Assembly: GCA_030248215.1 (NCBI GenBank) | Contig: JASANG010001649.1 | Coordinates: 248,001-312,000, forward strand | Reading direction: 5' to 3' | Source of the DNA: Enoplolaimus lenunculus | Lineage: Eukaryota | DNA length: 64,000 nucleotides | Shown: positions 39,891-53,288 of the stretch, piece by piece | How the letters are laid out: every line of letters starts with the position of its first letter | Numbering within the stretch: position 1 is the stretch's first letter | The notes under the pieces: model-generated | Told to the model about the DNA's origin: nothing | Databases searched by the model: none | The model's input: only the letters and a program-made list of their open reading frames with translations | Position numbers and translations under genes: made by a program

Positions 39891-41228
39891 CAAGCTTAAC
39901 TACATTTGATTAAGTTAGTCGATTCATAAATTTTCAGAAGTACGTATATATTTGGGAGCTGTAAATATAATATTTGATGTGTTATGCAAAATAATGGATC
40001 CATGAATATTTTAGAGCTGGTTTAGTTTCTACCACGGCTTTTTGCAAAAAATTATCACAAACAGAGGTACCGTATAGATGATAAACACCAAATTCTCACG
40101 CTAACATTGTTTCACTCTTTTCCTAAAAGGTTTTTTCTTATAAATTTTTGCTTTAAATTTTTTAACAACTTTCGTTGCAGAAATAATCCATGCCATAAAA
40201 TTTTGACATCCTCATGTATCCAACGCTTCATTCAACTTAAACTTTTTATTTCACAACATTATACAATGACAGTACGTAAAACAATAGCCAACATATAGAA
40301 CAGAGACACAACAGTAGCATAAGCATATCGCTAAGTCTGCCTTGCCCAAGCAAACGAAAACGAATAGTTTAAAACGTTCGAAATATTCATATTTATCTGA
40401 CACGAACCAAGAATCGACGTCGTAAAAGTAATGTAAACTTACGGTCTTTAGGTCACCGTAACAGTTAAATTGAAATACGTTCAAACAGATTCAAGCTGTC
40501 CTAGTCAATTTATCACCCCGCATATGGAGATTAGGTTATAAACAAAGAAATGAATACTATGCATCAATTGTTCCAAATTACTTTTTGGCATACTGTGATT
40601 ACTGAAAAATGTATTTACCGAATGCCAATGACTAAGCTAAGATTTCCTCGTGCTGTGCAAATCAAACTGATTGGGCGTTTCAATTAAATTTTTGACCCTC
40701 TATAATGACAGGTAAATACCACTTTGAAACGGGAACAATGGTATAATTTAATACCGCTAGACTTAAAGCTTACACTTTCGTTAATGTTTCGGCTTACGCT
40801 TCGGCTTTGCCTTAGGTTTAAGCTGCTTAAATTAAGTTACAGATTAAGTGGATGCAGGCTTCAATTAGACGAAATAATTAAATTCGAATCTCGGAGGCAA
40901 ACCAAAATAACGTGGTTTTCGCAGTGAGTTCGATAAGCTTGAATTTGACTCAAGGTTTTTGCAGTTTTATATACCATGTTCCGATACATTTCTTATTAAT
41001 ATGTTAGTTTATCTGACTTGCTCAATAATAAAACCACAATTGTTGTGATCACATTGCAGTGACTGACGACCTTTCCTAAAAATGACTATATTCATAGAAT
41101 ATTTCAGTCCGATTCGAGGAAACCTAGAATCGCTGAAGTGAAAAAATATTTTGAAGCAATTTAAAGCAGGCGTAACCGCTCCTAGATTTTTGACCCGCAA
41201 ATTTAAACTTAATTTCGCATTTAAAAAT

Positions 41229-44200
41229 TCAATACAAAATCGCAGTAGTTGCATCAAGCTCTGTGCTTGGATAATATCGAATCAGATGTCGACCGCTGCT
41301 AATTCGCCTATACTCATATCGATCTTTAATAAGATTGGATAATTTTAGGTTCGTTTCGTCTGTTAAATCTGCAGCTGGATACTGAGCCGTAAATTCGTTG
41401 GTTGGTCGCCCGATAGTGTGATACTGAGACGCGTTGTGATTTGCTAAATATTCTTCTGACGATAACGGGTTCAAAAATGTCGGATTACAATTAAATCGAG
41501 TGTCAAATAGGGTTACCGGATACGCCGGGTTCGTGAACCGGTGAGAAATCGGTTTAGATGACCAATAGCGTTTTGTTCGCGATATATCTGCAGGTTCTTG
41601 ACTTACCAAAGACGATGACGTTGTCAGGTTACAGGTTGAGCTATCGTTTCGGCCTCTAGAGCCAGCTTGTTCGGTGGAAGACACAGTGACAGAAGGCCTC
41701 GTACGGCACCCTTGAACAATAAACATTAATCCCAAAGCAGCGGCCAAGATTAACACCATGCCTGCACCAGCACCGATCAAAATTGTTTCGAGAAACAATC
41801 GATTTTGAGGCGAATTAAAAAATCGTGAAAATAAATCGGTGTGTTGGTCTTCATCGAAATTATCAGACGATTCATCGGGCAGCCGTACCGTCCCACGGGC
41901 ATTTACATCGATATCGTTGCGAAACTTGCTCTGCAAATCACGACCGCTGCTACCTAGCGTCTCAAGAACTGGACTATCAAACAATAAAGATGATCTATCT
42001 TGGTGTTGTTCGTTGATGGTTGCAGTTTCCGGAGTGGTAATAGTGTTTCGCTTATTCTGCGACGTTGGTCCAAACGGGGCTCCAGTAAGCAAAAATCGAT
42101 GGGGTGTTGCCTGCTTTGACATATAGGTTGGTGATACATAATCGTTAATTCTTAAGGTTCTTAGAGTAGAGCTTAAGTTTTCTTGACGTGATCTTGGCAA
42201 TGTCTTAGTGAGAAAATCTTTTCGATTGGAAAAGTTATGGCTCCTCATTTCTTCAACAGATGGAGCTTTCGTGGGTGCAATTGGCCAATCAATGGGCACT
42301 ATACGTTCAAAATATCGCGGCCTGGCTGTTGTATAGTATCGTGTTTGGAGTATAGAACTACTCAGTCGAATTACAGGAAGTCGCGAATTTGGAGCAGTTG
42401 AAAGAATGCTGTTAAGATTTGAATAATCTGATGTGACGCTGTCAAATGTAGCTTGTTGGCGACCATTGGTTCGAGTGCTGGGAAATACTTTACTCAGCTG
42501 ATAAGTGACTCCAGTTGGATGTTGGGTAAAATTTTGATTTACCATTTTGGAGATTATCTCTATTGGTGCATATGCAGGCGTTGAAGTAGTGATTGTTGAT
42601 ATGTCCGCGGTTGCTTTTTCGTCTACGGTTGTCAAAGGTTTGGAAGAAGAGGCTGTTAAGAAAGGGGATTGAGCAGTGGTGACCTCTGAAATATCTGATC
42701 AATGATGTACGGTTGAAGTTTTGTGTTTCAATTAACATCTCATTCCCTTTTATAGAAGTGTTTTCGTTTGTTCACTGTTGCGGTTTTAAGTCGACCTATT
42801 ACCATCATAATTCATATTGTATTTAATTTGAATATTCTACGTGGTTGGCCGAATCGTTCCCTTTGGATTTCTATTTTCGATTAGCTATGTCAACGGTATA
42901 ATTACTGCATTTGTTAAATTTAAAATTTTCGACGTAACAAAGGAGCAGCGAACATATTTGCAATTTTATGTACAAAGTTTACTGAAAAGCCCATACCTTA
43001 CAACAACACCTACCAGTAGCATATCACACTTATTGTGAACGGCAATAGTTTTAAATTCTAAAATTGAAGCAGCGAACAGAGTTTGGGATACGATAAACCA
43101 CTTCTGAGTGCCACTGCGCGATATTTACTGATGGAAGAGCACCATGTTACTTTGAGGACCGTACCGTTTTGAGAGTAGGCTTAGATTATAGATGATATTT
43201 TATAGCTTAGGCTTAGGTTTACACATTTTCAGTACCAAAAACTAATGTTTAAGCTTAGGGTTAATACGCTTAGGAATATACACGCGCAATGCACAGTTAC
43301 GGCCATAAAAGTACCATTGTTAAGCAATTTTTTCGCTGAACTCACCAAATCGTACGTAGTCGCGGGCAGCCCCCGACTGAGATTCGTTCGCAATAATCCT
43401 AATTCGATTCGATACGATTATTTCACTTGCACCTACTTTTGTTATGGCTGTACCACTGGTATCAGAAGTGGTAGGTGGACCCCTACTTGTTCTCCTGGTG
43501 CTCGTAACTGTTTCTGATGCTGGATTCAAACGAGTAGTTAACTTTTGAGAAGCAATAGAAGAAATTGAAAAAAATTTCGACAGCAACCTTCGTAAAACTA
43601 AATCTGATGTACTAATATTATAATCATCGTCATTGTTGAATATCGGTGGGAAGCTAGTGCTTGTTGAAATTGATGCATTTGCAGTAAATAGCTTAGGAGA
43701 CGTCGGCATTTCAAAAGCTTCAGTGTTCATCGCTGGAGTTTCAGGGACGACTGATTGAATTTCGGAGTCAGATAGATTTCGAGCTGCGAATACGTAATCG
43801 ATTACAGAGTCCCACCACGCTGGATTTTCCCATTCTGCAGTAGTTCCGCTGATTCTGTCGTTGGAGTTGTTTCCAGCTGGCACCCGGTTTTCTGTCTGCA
43901 ATGTTTTTCGGTCGCTTGTATCTGAGTCTGCTCCACGTTTGACGCGGGTTAAAATACGGTTTTCATCCCTATTAGACTGTGTTAAAAATGAAATTCGTCT
44001 ATTTTTAAGGCCGTCTTTCGATTTAAGATAACTATTGCTCAGCTTAGCGTTTAGTCTGGGCACATTTGTTGCATGTGCATTTGTTTTTGAGCCCAAAACA
44101 ATCTGAGTGAGCCCAAGCTTATCCTCTTGGTGACTGGCTCCGTTGTAAATCGTCCTGCTTGCCGTCTTATTTTTCAGAAGATCCTTGGTATTGATTTTGC

Positions 44201-44258
44201 AATCTACTTTGTCGTTTATAATTAAAAGTATTGTATTTATTACAATTGATAGTAGCAT
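41229..44258 (-). CDS. Mucin-like (Ser/Thr-rich) single-pass type I membrane protein, about 789 aa. Exons 44258-43346 and 42685-41229
   Basis: Two long ORFs (312 and 468 aa) join via phase-1 donor TTTG|GTGAGT (43346) and acceptor ATTTCAG|AG (42685). It has a signal-like N-terminus MLLSIVINTILLII, furin-type RVKR, an S/T/P-rich ectodomain, TM ILIGAGAGMVLILAAALGLMFIV and a cytoplasmic NPAY. Confidence 0.78.
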
Positions 44259-44666
44259 AATTAAGTTGATTTAGTACATTGAAGCTTAGTTTAGACTGAA
44301 ATCTTATTTTAAACTGAAATCCCTTCACCGTGATCAAATTGAGCTCAAAAACCACGAGCACGGCTGATGAAACGCCACAGCGATTTTTTTGAGTTCAACA
44401 ATTTTATATTTGGTTAAAATATGCATGTCCTGGCAATTAACTAGGCAATAAAATGTTCGAATATAAACATTTAATTGAAGCAAAAAAGCTTCAGTAAGCT
44501 TCAGTATTCGGGCACTGCAACATTTTGGCTTCAGCGTCCATCACACTAACCGCTTAACAGTTAGCTGATATACGCATGATATTGTGCAAGTTGCATTAAC
44601 AAAGCTGATCTTCATGTTTTCAAGTTATTACTAATGTTGTGTATACACATGCGCGCAAGTATTTAC

Positions 44667-44864
44667 GGCCTATGTAAAGAACAAGGGGGAACGTTTTTCT
44701 GTGTGACTGCAATAGAATAAGCTTACGCTTTAGACTAATTTTTTATTTGGCTTAGGCTTAGGTTTAGGCTAAGAAATATTGTCATTCTTATGCTTAGGCT
44801 TGGGTTTAGGTTTAGGAATATGCTTATAATACTGTTCCGCTCGTGTTGTTTAGGTACCTTGGCC
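44667..44864. mobile_element. GGCC-ended MITE carrying TTAGGC/TTAGGT repeats, 8-bp TSD
   Basis: GGCCTATGTAAAGAACAAGGG...CCTTGGCC; TSD GTATTTAC/GTTTTTAC; interior GGCTTAGGCTTAGGTTTAGGCT and TGCTTAGGCTTGGGTTTAGGTTTAGG. Confidence 0.75.
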
Positions 44865-45404
44865 GTTTTTACCAATGGCGAATCCAAAATTAAAAAATTT
44901 CGTTTGGCAGGACCACCGCCGAATAAAGACTAATATATTGACATTTTACATTACATCGGCAGATCTTAAAAATTGTCTAATAAGCCAGTGTCTTTAACAA
45001 ATGTATATATTTGGACAAGACAGCCGTGTCTGCTATCCTAACCATAGTGAAACAAAACGAATGAAAATTTGTTATACCGGGATGGACATTTTGTCAACTC
45101 TTGCTGCACCCTGCGCTCATGTAAGGATAGTGGCTATCCTTCCTCAACGGGACTGCAATAGATTAGGTTTAATCTTGAGGATTATTTTTGGTTAGGGCTA
45201 GATTTAGGTGTAGGCTAATCTTTACGCTTAGGCTTAGGCTTAAAAATATGCTTATTCTACTGTTACGACTCTGTTTTAATGCACTGTCCCAAGCTGCAAA
45301 CAAATTTTACAGTGACAGCAATGTTTGTTTCACGGTTTTCACAGGTTTTTTCTCAAATTTCGCAATCACCTTAAAATGTGCGCGTGATAGACATCTTCCT
45401 TCTA

Positions 45405-45688
45405 CAATGTAAACAATGGGAAGTCAAATTGACTCTCTCGGAAACAGGCTTTCCCTGACTACACAAACTGAGTCAAAATTCGACTCCGCCAGAGTCAAAT
45501 TCGATTCATTGAATCGCTAAGTGAGTCGAATTGTCAAAATTCGACCCGCCAGAGTCAAATTCGCTTCATTGAATCGCTCAGTGAGTCGAATTTGACTCTG
45601 GCGGAGTCAAATTTGACACAGTTTGTGTAGTCAGGAAAAGCCTACTTATCACCGTGAGAGTCAATTTGACTCCCCATTTTTCACAGTG
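45405..45688. mobile_element. Foldback MITE, same family, with internal ~60-bp duplication
   Basis: Same arms. CGCCAGAGTCAAATTCG.TTCATTGAATCGCT.AGTGAGTCGAATT occurs twice. Confidence 0.82.
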
Positions 45689-46241
45689 CAGAGAATTTTG
45701 AGGTATATACCTGGGTGCAACCAGTGGTGCAAAATATCAGAGCCTGCGGTCGATTTTCAGCCGGAACCGGAGGCAGACCTCCGGTTGTACCATTGTGTAT
45801 TATCTTCATGTCCCCTTTATGTCTGCTGTTTAGGTAAATTCAATAAAAGAAAACCATTGCGACATCAGTGTTGTTTTTAAGTTTCTTCAAAACGAGTTTT
45901 GAGTTTTAAATTTTGATGTCGTTGCTCTTATAAGAATGGAAATTAGCGTCGGTTTTAATGCGGTTTATAGGCGAACAAGCCGTACGATCGAAAGTTTCTT
46001 CATTGTTTTAAGAAAATTGCAGATATACAAACACGAAGCAGATGGCCGAATATGTCAATCTACGTTTGTTTCTTTGTCATCTTTACAACGTAAACAACTT
46101 TTTTTGCGGGGACTGAAATAAATGGTATAAATGGTTAAAAGTAGAATTGAAAGAATGGAATATTACTAAACGCAAAAAATAAACCATATTCAACACTGGT
46201 TTTATTACGATCTCACAAACTTTAACAGGGTACAAAATAAG

Positions 46242-46418
46242 CAGGGCCGGCGTTAGGGAAGGCGCTCCAATGAAGCAGATCCGAGAGGTCTCCAATAAAA
46301 TCTTTCACAGCTCTATAGCTTTGTGGTTCGCGAAAAAATTTTAGTTTGCCAAGATGGGCGCCTTCAAGGGCCGGAGACCCCTAATTGGGGGGTTTGGGAA
46401 GCGGTTCCGCCTGCACTG
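46242..46418. mobile_element. GC-rich hAT-like MITE, same family as 32151
   Basis: CAGGGCCGGCG...CCGCCTGCACTG; TSD AAAATAAG/AAAATAAC; shared interior GTGGT.CGCGAAAAAA..TTTGCCAAGATGGG. Confidence 0.75.
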
Positions 46419-47545
46419 AAAATAACCTTTGTTTAAAGCTAGGTACGCAACGCCGTGCTACAACTGTAACACTAATATTGGAAACAAAACCATGGCTTTA
46501 TTTTGGCATCCTAGTTATAATTTGCTTTTCAGCGCTAAATTCGGTCTCATTAAAGTCCTGTGCCACCTGGGGGAGAAATAGGCATTCGGTCAAGACTGAA
46601 TACGAAAATCGTTTTAAACTAGGCATCATTGACGTCGCTACAACAATTTAAACATTAATAAAAAACTTGTTTCAAAAACGACTAAATTTGATATGCAAGG
46701 GGTAGATCATGAGTCATGGCCCAGCGGCCGCTTGCATCGGTAGCGCAACAAAAGGTTTGATAGAAAAACAGCCGTAAAAAATATATTTCTCCGAAACTTG
46801 TATTTTTAAACGCTCGTTGCGGACCCATTGATAGCACCGCGGCCTGAGGCCGCAACCATATTGAGAAGCAAAACGATTCACCTCTGTGTATATGGCCTCT
46901 CAACCAAAACCTACGGTTAAATTGCAACCCTAACGCAATTTATACAGACATCTACTTTGAAATATTTATTGTAACATTCACTCCATTTTGCCGAAATCGA
47001 ACGGTGTAACTCAAAAAATTATATTTTTCAGACAAATTTTCCTGTAAATTAACAAATATTTGTCTATTATACGAATCGAAAACCGCGTCTATTACGCAAA
47101 GCAAAATATACAATTAAGATGGTTATGTGCGAAATTTAAAACTGAAAGCTCTAAATGCAGGTATCACAAAATATCGCCGCACTGACATCGCATATTGAAA
47201 TTAAATGATGACGTATAAAATCGAAATATGACTGAAAATGAAATATTTTTTAAATTTAAAATTCAACACAGGAAACGAGTCTGCTCGACAGTAATTGATT
47301 GAAATTAAAATTTAACTCAGCGTTAAAAACACGTCAACTCTAATTCAACAACATCTGGTTCGCTTACGGTTGGTCAAATATATCACGTTTAAAAGACGCA
47401 AAACCAAAAAATCGTACAGCACAAATGTTGAATTTTCAAAGACTCGTAAATTATGACTTTCGTGTAGCTTTCACATAAAATTTTAGTGTTTCGCAATGAA
47501 TCTTTTGACCCATGTAAACTAGGCCTTCATACTAAACTTAGCCTA

Positions 47546-47755
47546 CACTGCAAAAAATGGTGAGTCAAATTGACTCTCTCCGAAATAGGCTCTACGGGAC
47601 TACACAAACTGAGTCAAATTCGACTCCGCCAGAGTCAAACATGCGACTCACTGAATCGAATTTGACTCTTCCGGAGTCGAATTTTGGCTCAATTTGTGTA
47701 GTTTCGTAGAGCCTATTTCGGAGAGAATCAATTTGACTCACTATTTTTTGCTGTG
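47546..47755. mobile_element. Foldback MITE, near-identical inverted copy of 38239-38448
   Basis: TA|CACTGCAAAAAATGG...TTTTTTGCTGTG|TA. The reverse complement differs from the 38239 copy at roughly nine positions. Confidence 0.88.
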
Positions 47756-49478
47756 TATGCCTAAAGTTTAAATTTAATCGTAGGCGTAAAAAGCACAAAT
47801 ATGAGTCTTATGCAAGCTTGTGCCAACCACATTCTAAAATCACCGGCCATTCTGTTCTCAAGTAGTCGGATTACTGTCATGGGTCAAACTTTTAATTCAA
47901 TACGCCAGAAATTCAATTATTAACCTACCTATAAAACTCGGACTATTGTTGAGATTCACCAGAACATTAATCTTTAATAATGCAGTTGGTTCACGGAGGT
48001 CACAGCTTCATCTACATTACTGTAATGACCCGAATAAGAGTCGGAAGACTGATATTCATTTTGCTTCTCGACTGGGCACCACGCTCGTCCTTTGGTTCCA
48101 GAGATTTCCAAAAAGGATTTGGTTTCAAGAGCTAACGGCAAATTGTTGTTTTAGTTGTTTGTATTTCAGTAAAGATAAAGTAGAAATACAACCAACTTCG
48201 CGCACAACCTCAGCGGATGAAAACAAATGTTTATTTGCCAGGGTTCAATTTGAGGCGAAAAACACGAGCCGGAACAGGTGCCAAATGCGAAACGAAATAA
48301 GTTATTAAAATAAATATTTAATTTGGCATTTTGCGCAAATATTTGTTATGCGTTGTCAAAAAATTTTAGTTTTAGGCTTATTTAAAAAATATGCCGGTAA
48401 CAACTCTGCAAAATTGCACCATTAAGTTAAAGCATTTGTTGATTAATTAGGTTAATCTAAAACTAAAGAATTTTGTGTTTGCACAACATTAAGTAAAACT
48501 TTGCCAAGCACCATAGTATAAGTAAAACCGACACTTAAATCGGCATCAGTTTTACTCTTAATTTCAAGCATCATTTTTCGACATGCATTTGTAAAAGCTG
48601 GTTGTAATGACGAAATCAGTTGGATTAGCTTCAACATCTTACATTTTAAGGCAGATGGGAAATACAGCTCAAATTTGCCTGCGAAAAAGTTTAATGCTGT
48701 CGAATAAAGATGCAAATAGGAGCACAGGAAATAGGCTGTCCACAGTCCCGATTACGGATCACGCGAAAGGTACCGCTAACGCTGGAGCGGACCCTTGTAA
48801 TCTGGACCGGACCGTTTGTAAAATCTGGACCGGACCAATCAAATTCGAACCAGTAATCCGCCAATGCTGTCATTTAACGTTTAATTATTAATAGCTGATT
48901 AAACTTTTACAGTTATGAGTGGCTTCAAATTTTTCAGAAAACAAAAAATATGATTTTCAGCGATTTTCGTTATTAAAACGTTTCAGGGCAGTAAAATATC
49001 AACATATCAGCCGTTTTCTGTGGAGAAAAATCGTAAGGTACCTTACTATAATTATTGCAAAATGTTTCTGATGTGCGACATACGTCCTCAGGATCCGCTA
49101 GCGATAGATTAGATGACATTTAATGCAACTTGGCCGTATTTTCGAGCATTAAACTATGGCTGTGTACACAGGTTCATTCTTAGGTAATGAATATTTCGAC
49201 TCAATAAACTAAATATTGACTCTTGAAAATATAATCGCATTTGAACAGCGTGAAAACAGCGGATGATAATGTATTTAATGAATATTAAACATCGTCGGAA
49301 AGCAAATCTGTGTCCAAATTCTCAAATGTGTGTAGCATCTATAGGGACGCGAAAATGAAAATTTTCTAGGCGTGCAAACCCAAACAGGAGGTCTAAAATT
49401 AAACCCAAAAAAGTTGGACTATCAAATCTGATGAAGAAATATCATCTTTGGAAAAAGCAACCGAGCCATAAGAATCGC

Positions 49479-49928
49479 GGCCAATGTTACTTTAAAGGCC
49501 GTCCCATTTTCCCGGGACAGAAATGTATCAGCAGTACCCGTCCCATTTTCCCGGGACAGCAATGTACAGCAATATACCTGGAGTTCATTCAAAAAATATA
49601 ATTGGGACAGCAGGACAGTTGGGACAGATGAGACAGTGGGACAGATGGGACAGTTGGGACAGATGGGACAGTTTGGAGAGATGAAACAGATTTAACAGTT
49701 GGGACAGATGGAACAGTTGGGACATTTGGGACAGTTGGGACAGATGGGGCAGTTGGGACACTTGGGACAGATGGAACACAGACATATATTAATATATACG
49801 TATATATATTAATATATATCTTACGCAAAAATATCTGTAGTGCATATGTAAACAGGAGCGCATAAGTGTGCACTCCGGGCATATTTGTGTCCCGGGAAAT
49901 TGGGACGGTCTTTATAGTAACATGGGCC
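49479..49928. mobile_element. GGCC-ended MITE with ~48-bp TIRs, perfect 8-bp TSD and internal (GGGACAGTT/GGGACAGAT)n minisatellite
   Basis: Left GGCCAATGTTACTTTAAAGGCCGTCCCATTTTCCCGGGACA; right (reverse complement) GGCCCATGTTACTATAAAGACCGTCCCAATTTCCCGGGACA; TSD AGAATCGC at 49471-49478 and 49929-49936. Confidence 0.88.
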
Positions 49929-50518
49929 AGAATCGCAAACGTCAGGTGAGGGGGAGTATTTTATAAAAATGGCGAGCGAAAGTGCTAGAAACCAGCGTTA
50001 ATTTGGCAATAAATATTTCAAATCACGTGAGACTTTTCTTTTAATCCGTGTTTATGGGTGTCTCTGACACCCTTATGTTTTTCAGCCCATGTACTTTAAG
50101 GGGCGTCCAGGTTAAAAAAGTAAGTATAGATTCGAGATTACATTTTTTGGCTTAGGCTTAAGCTTAAGAACACATTCTGAAACGCTTTAGTAGGCTTAGG
50201 CTTAGCAATACGCTTAATCTATACTGTTACGCCACTTAAAATAACATTGGTCTGTTTTTCAAGCAGTGTCAACTGATACCACAAAGCCATACTTATGAAC
50301 CTATTCTCATGTGCCTCGCGACATCTATCACCAGTTTTCGATTGGTTTAGTATCTTTAAGGACGAACAAAGAAATGCTTAAGTTCAAAATTTCTCCAGAG
50401 AATTTTTCGAATTTGTTTGGCTTCTGTGCAAATTTCGAGATTTGCAACTGCAGAAGTTTTACCGTGTGTAGGTATTCACTAGAGTATATGGCTCTTAGTA
50501 TGTTTTGTACAAACGAAG

Positions 50519-50598
50519 CATACTTCACAATTGTCTTCCATACCTCACAATTGTCTTCCATAATTCACAATTGTCTTCCATACTTCACAATTGTCTTC
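50519..50598. repeat. Tandem repeat, 20 bp x4
   Basis: CATACTTCACAATTGTCTTC units. Confidence 0.9.
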
Positions 50599-53288
50599 AG
50601 CATGAACCGACCAACTAATCACTAACCAATCATGATCAATTAAAGCATATTGCATTTAAAAAAGGTTAATTTTACGTTAAAATTCCATGATGAAAAGTGA
50701 AATTTTGGCGAAATTTTATTGCTTTTTAGGTTTGTCTTGGCCAGAAATCAAAACAAACACGGCGTTGGACATATTACTCGTCAATGTTTCAAAGATTTTA
50801 CAGAAGAACCAATATTTATACCTATATGTACTGTGTAAATGTGTCAGCTTAACAACCTCCATATATATGAAACATTAAGCTAGAATAAACAATAAAATTT
50901 TAAAAATTGGAAATTTACAAAAATTACGCTCGAAACAAAAATCTTCAGACGCGGTTTATTATACTTGTACGGCAAGCTTTGATACAAATTTCACCTCGAT
51001 CATGTATAATGTTTAAATAAACACTTTACACCGTTTTGAGTGTTTTCTTTGCTGTAAGTAGCGCCGTAAAAAATAATTAAATAATTGTTGCAACATTCGT
51101 AAAGCTTCAATGTTTAATTGCGAGGGTGTCGATTTTGTATAAAGTGGGTTTAACGTCAATGGACAATTAATAAAACATTTGTATTTTTCATTCGTTTCGA
51201 CCAGTGCGAAAATTTAAACCCCAATATTTGAGATGTCCTAGAAGATGCTTCTTTTCAAAGAATTTTGTTCTCGGGGTACATGGAACCTTTGCAATCGTTT
51301 CCAGTGACATGTGTTCAGGTTTTCGTATTTTAGAATGCCCCTGTGTTTGACGACGTGGTTCCCTCGGTTTTCCAAAATTCTATTGTTTACTTGCATGTAT
51401 TAAACTAACATTGAAGATTTGCACATATCTCCAGTGTATACATTACTGTGAGTTTATATATATTTGCAGCTTATTCATCAGTGTATGTAGTGTACTTTAG
51501 TATCATGGTCTTCGTAAAATATTTCTATACTAGTTAACAAGTATACACTTAAATTGTGGCATTTTTTATTGTCTAACCACAACGCATTTTTCATTTAGTT
51601 TTAATTTTTGTTATATTATGCGTCGTCTACAATATCGTGGGTATACGCGTTATGGAATTTTGCATCGACGATAAACGGTTCCCGTCTGTAATGAAACAGG
51701 TGGCAGTTGGTGCTAGCTACTGTTCTTTAAAAATTTTGTAAACTTTAAAAACAGCAACTGTTCTTGACCGACTGAAGCAAATAGTAGATGTCGCCTAGGC
51801 TTGCGTACCTTTACGTATCGTAATCTAGATTGTATTGCTAGCTTAAGGTACGACAGTTGTCCATGGCAAATTTCAAATAACATAGCATAGACGCTATACC
51901 TACGCAATAAATTAAGAACAAAATTTTCTGGTGAATGATCTTACTGGGCCTGGTCCCCTATAGACTCGGGTGATTTTGATTTGCATTTTTCAACCAAGCC
52001 AGTCGAACGCATAGATCGCTTTTCAGCTGTCAATAATATAGTGTGGGGGTTGACCGATATTGTTCAACACCTTTCACCATATAATTGTGTAAGTTTTTTA
52101 ATTGTCACCTATTAAGGAAATGACGCTTTCCTGAAAACTGGAAACAAAATCACCTATTATTTCAATGGCCACTTCGGCCCAATTGAACGGAATAATTTCG
52201 AACTAATCACGAGCGATTCTTTGAAACTTTAAATAAATCAAACTCGCTCATAATCAAGCAATAATATTCATTTTATAAAAAATAATATAAAAGGTTTCCA
52301 GCAATATTTAACTGCCAAAATACTCTCACAGGTAAAACGAAAAAGTCATACTACATGTTATTCAAACAAGATCCATATCATGGTACAACGGGAGGTCTGC
52401 CTCCGGTTCTGGCAAAAAATTGGCCTCCGGAAAAATTCTTACTTAGTATCTATAACCCTTCACTCAGAGTATACCATGAACAACTAAACACAATAATGTA
52501 CGAGCAATACAGATGCTGTGAGCAGTGTTTAAACGGAACAATTTAGAAATCACAGAACTTTAAAATTAAGGATGCATGCACTATTCTTTTATACAAAATT
52601 TTAGAAATCCCGTGCATATTTGCATGCCTCAATTGTGTTGCCAGAAAAATAGAACATTTTTGAAACTTTTGCACTGCAATACCCGCTCTCCATTTCCGTT
52701 ATTTTGATCAGTATGTGTTTACACTCTGGTAATAACTCTCTAAACAGTATCCGTATCGACACATCCTTAATGTTACATATCTGGTGTACAAATGATGTTA
52801 TAGAAGTTGCACATCTACGCGCTGGTCAAAATGGAAATCATGAACACAATGTATGCAACATTTTTTCAAGCAAATTTTTAATTTAATAGCGTAAAGTTGT
52901 AAGCTGAATCTACTGAAGCGAGAACGCGAATCAAAATAAACCTGATTTTTCTCACACAAATAAAAAGCGTAAATACTCAAAAACAAAAAACCCGTTTTGA
53001 ATGTAAACAAACTGTAATAACGATGGTGTAACTGCATATCCGTTTCCGGTAAAATTGGTGTTCGTTGACGTTATATAACAAGCACTGAAATTTAACGTTT
53101 TTGCGCTCAACATTAGTTACAATCCGCGATTTATTTTTTAAATTTTAGAAAGCCCAGTGCATATTTGCAACCCTTAACTGTGTTTGCAGAAAAACAAAAC
53201 ATTTTTGAAACTTTTATACTTTAATATCCGTTCTCCATTTGCGTTATTTTTACAACTATCCGTTTACACCCTGGTAATAACTCTTTAA

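Noticed and set aside
49585..49882. ORFs with VPSVPT / HLSQLS repeats
   Set aside because: These are translations of the 9-bp minisatellite inside the MITE.
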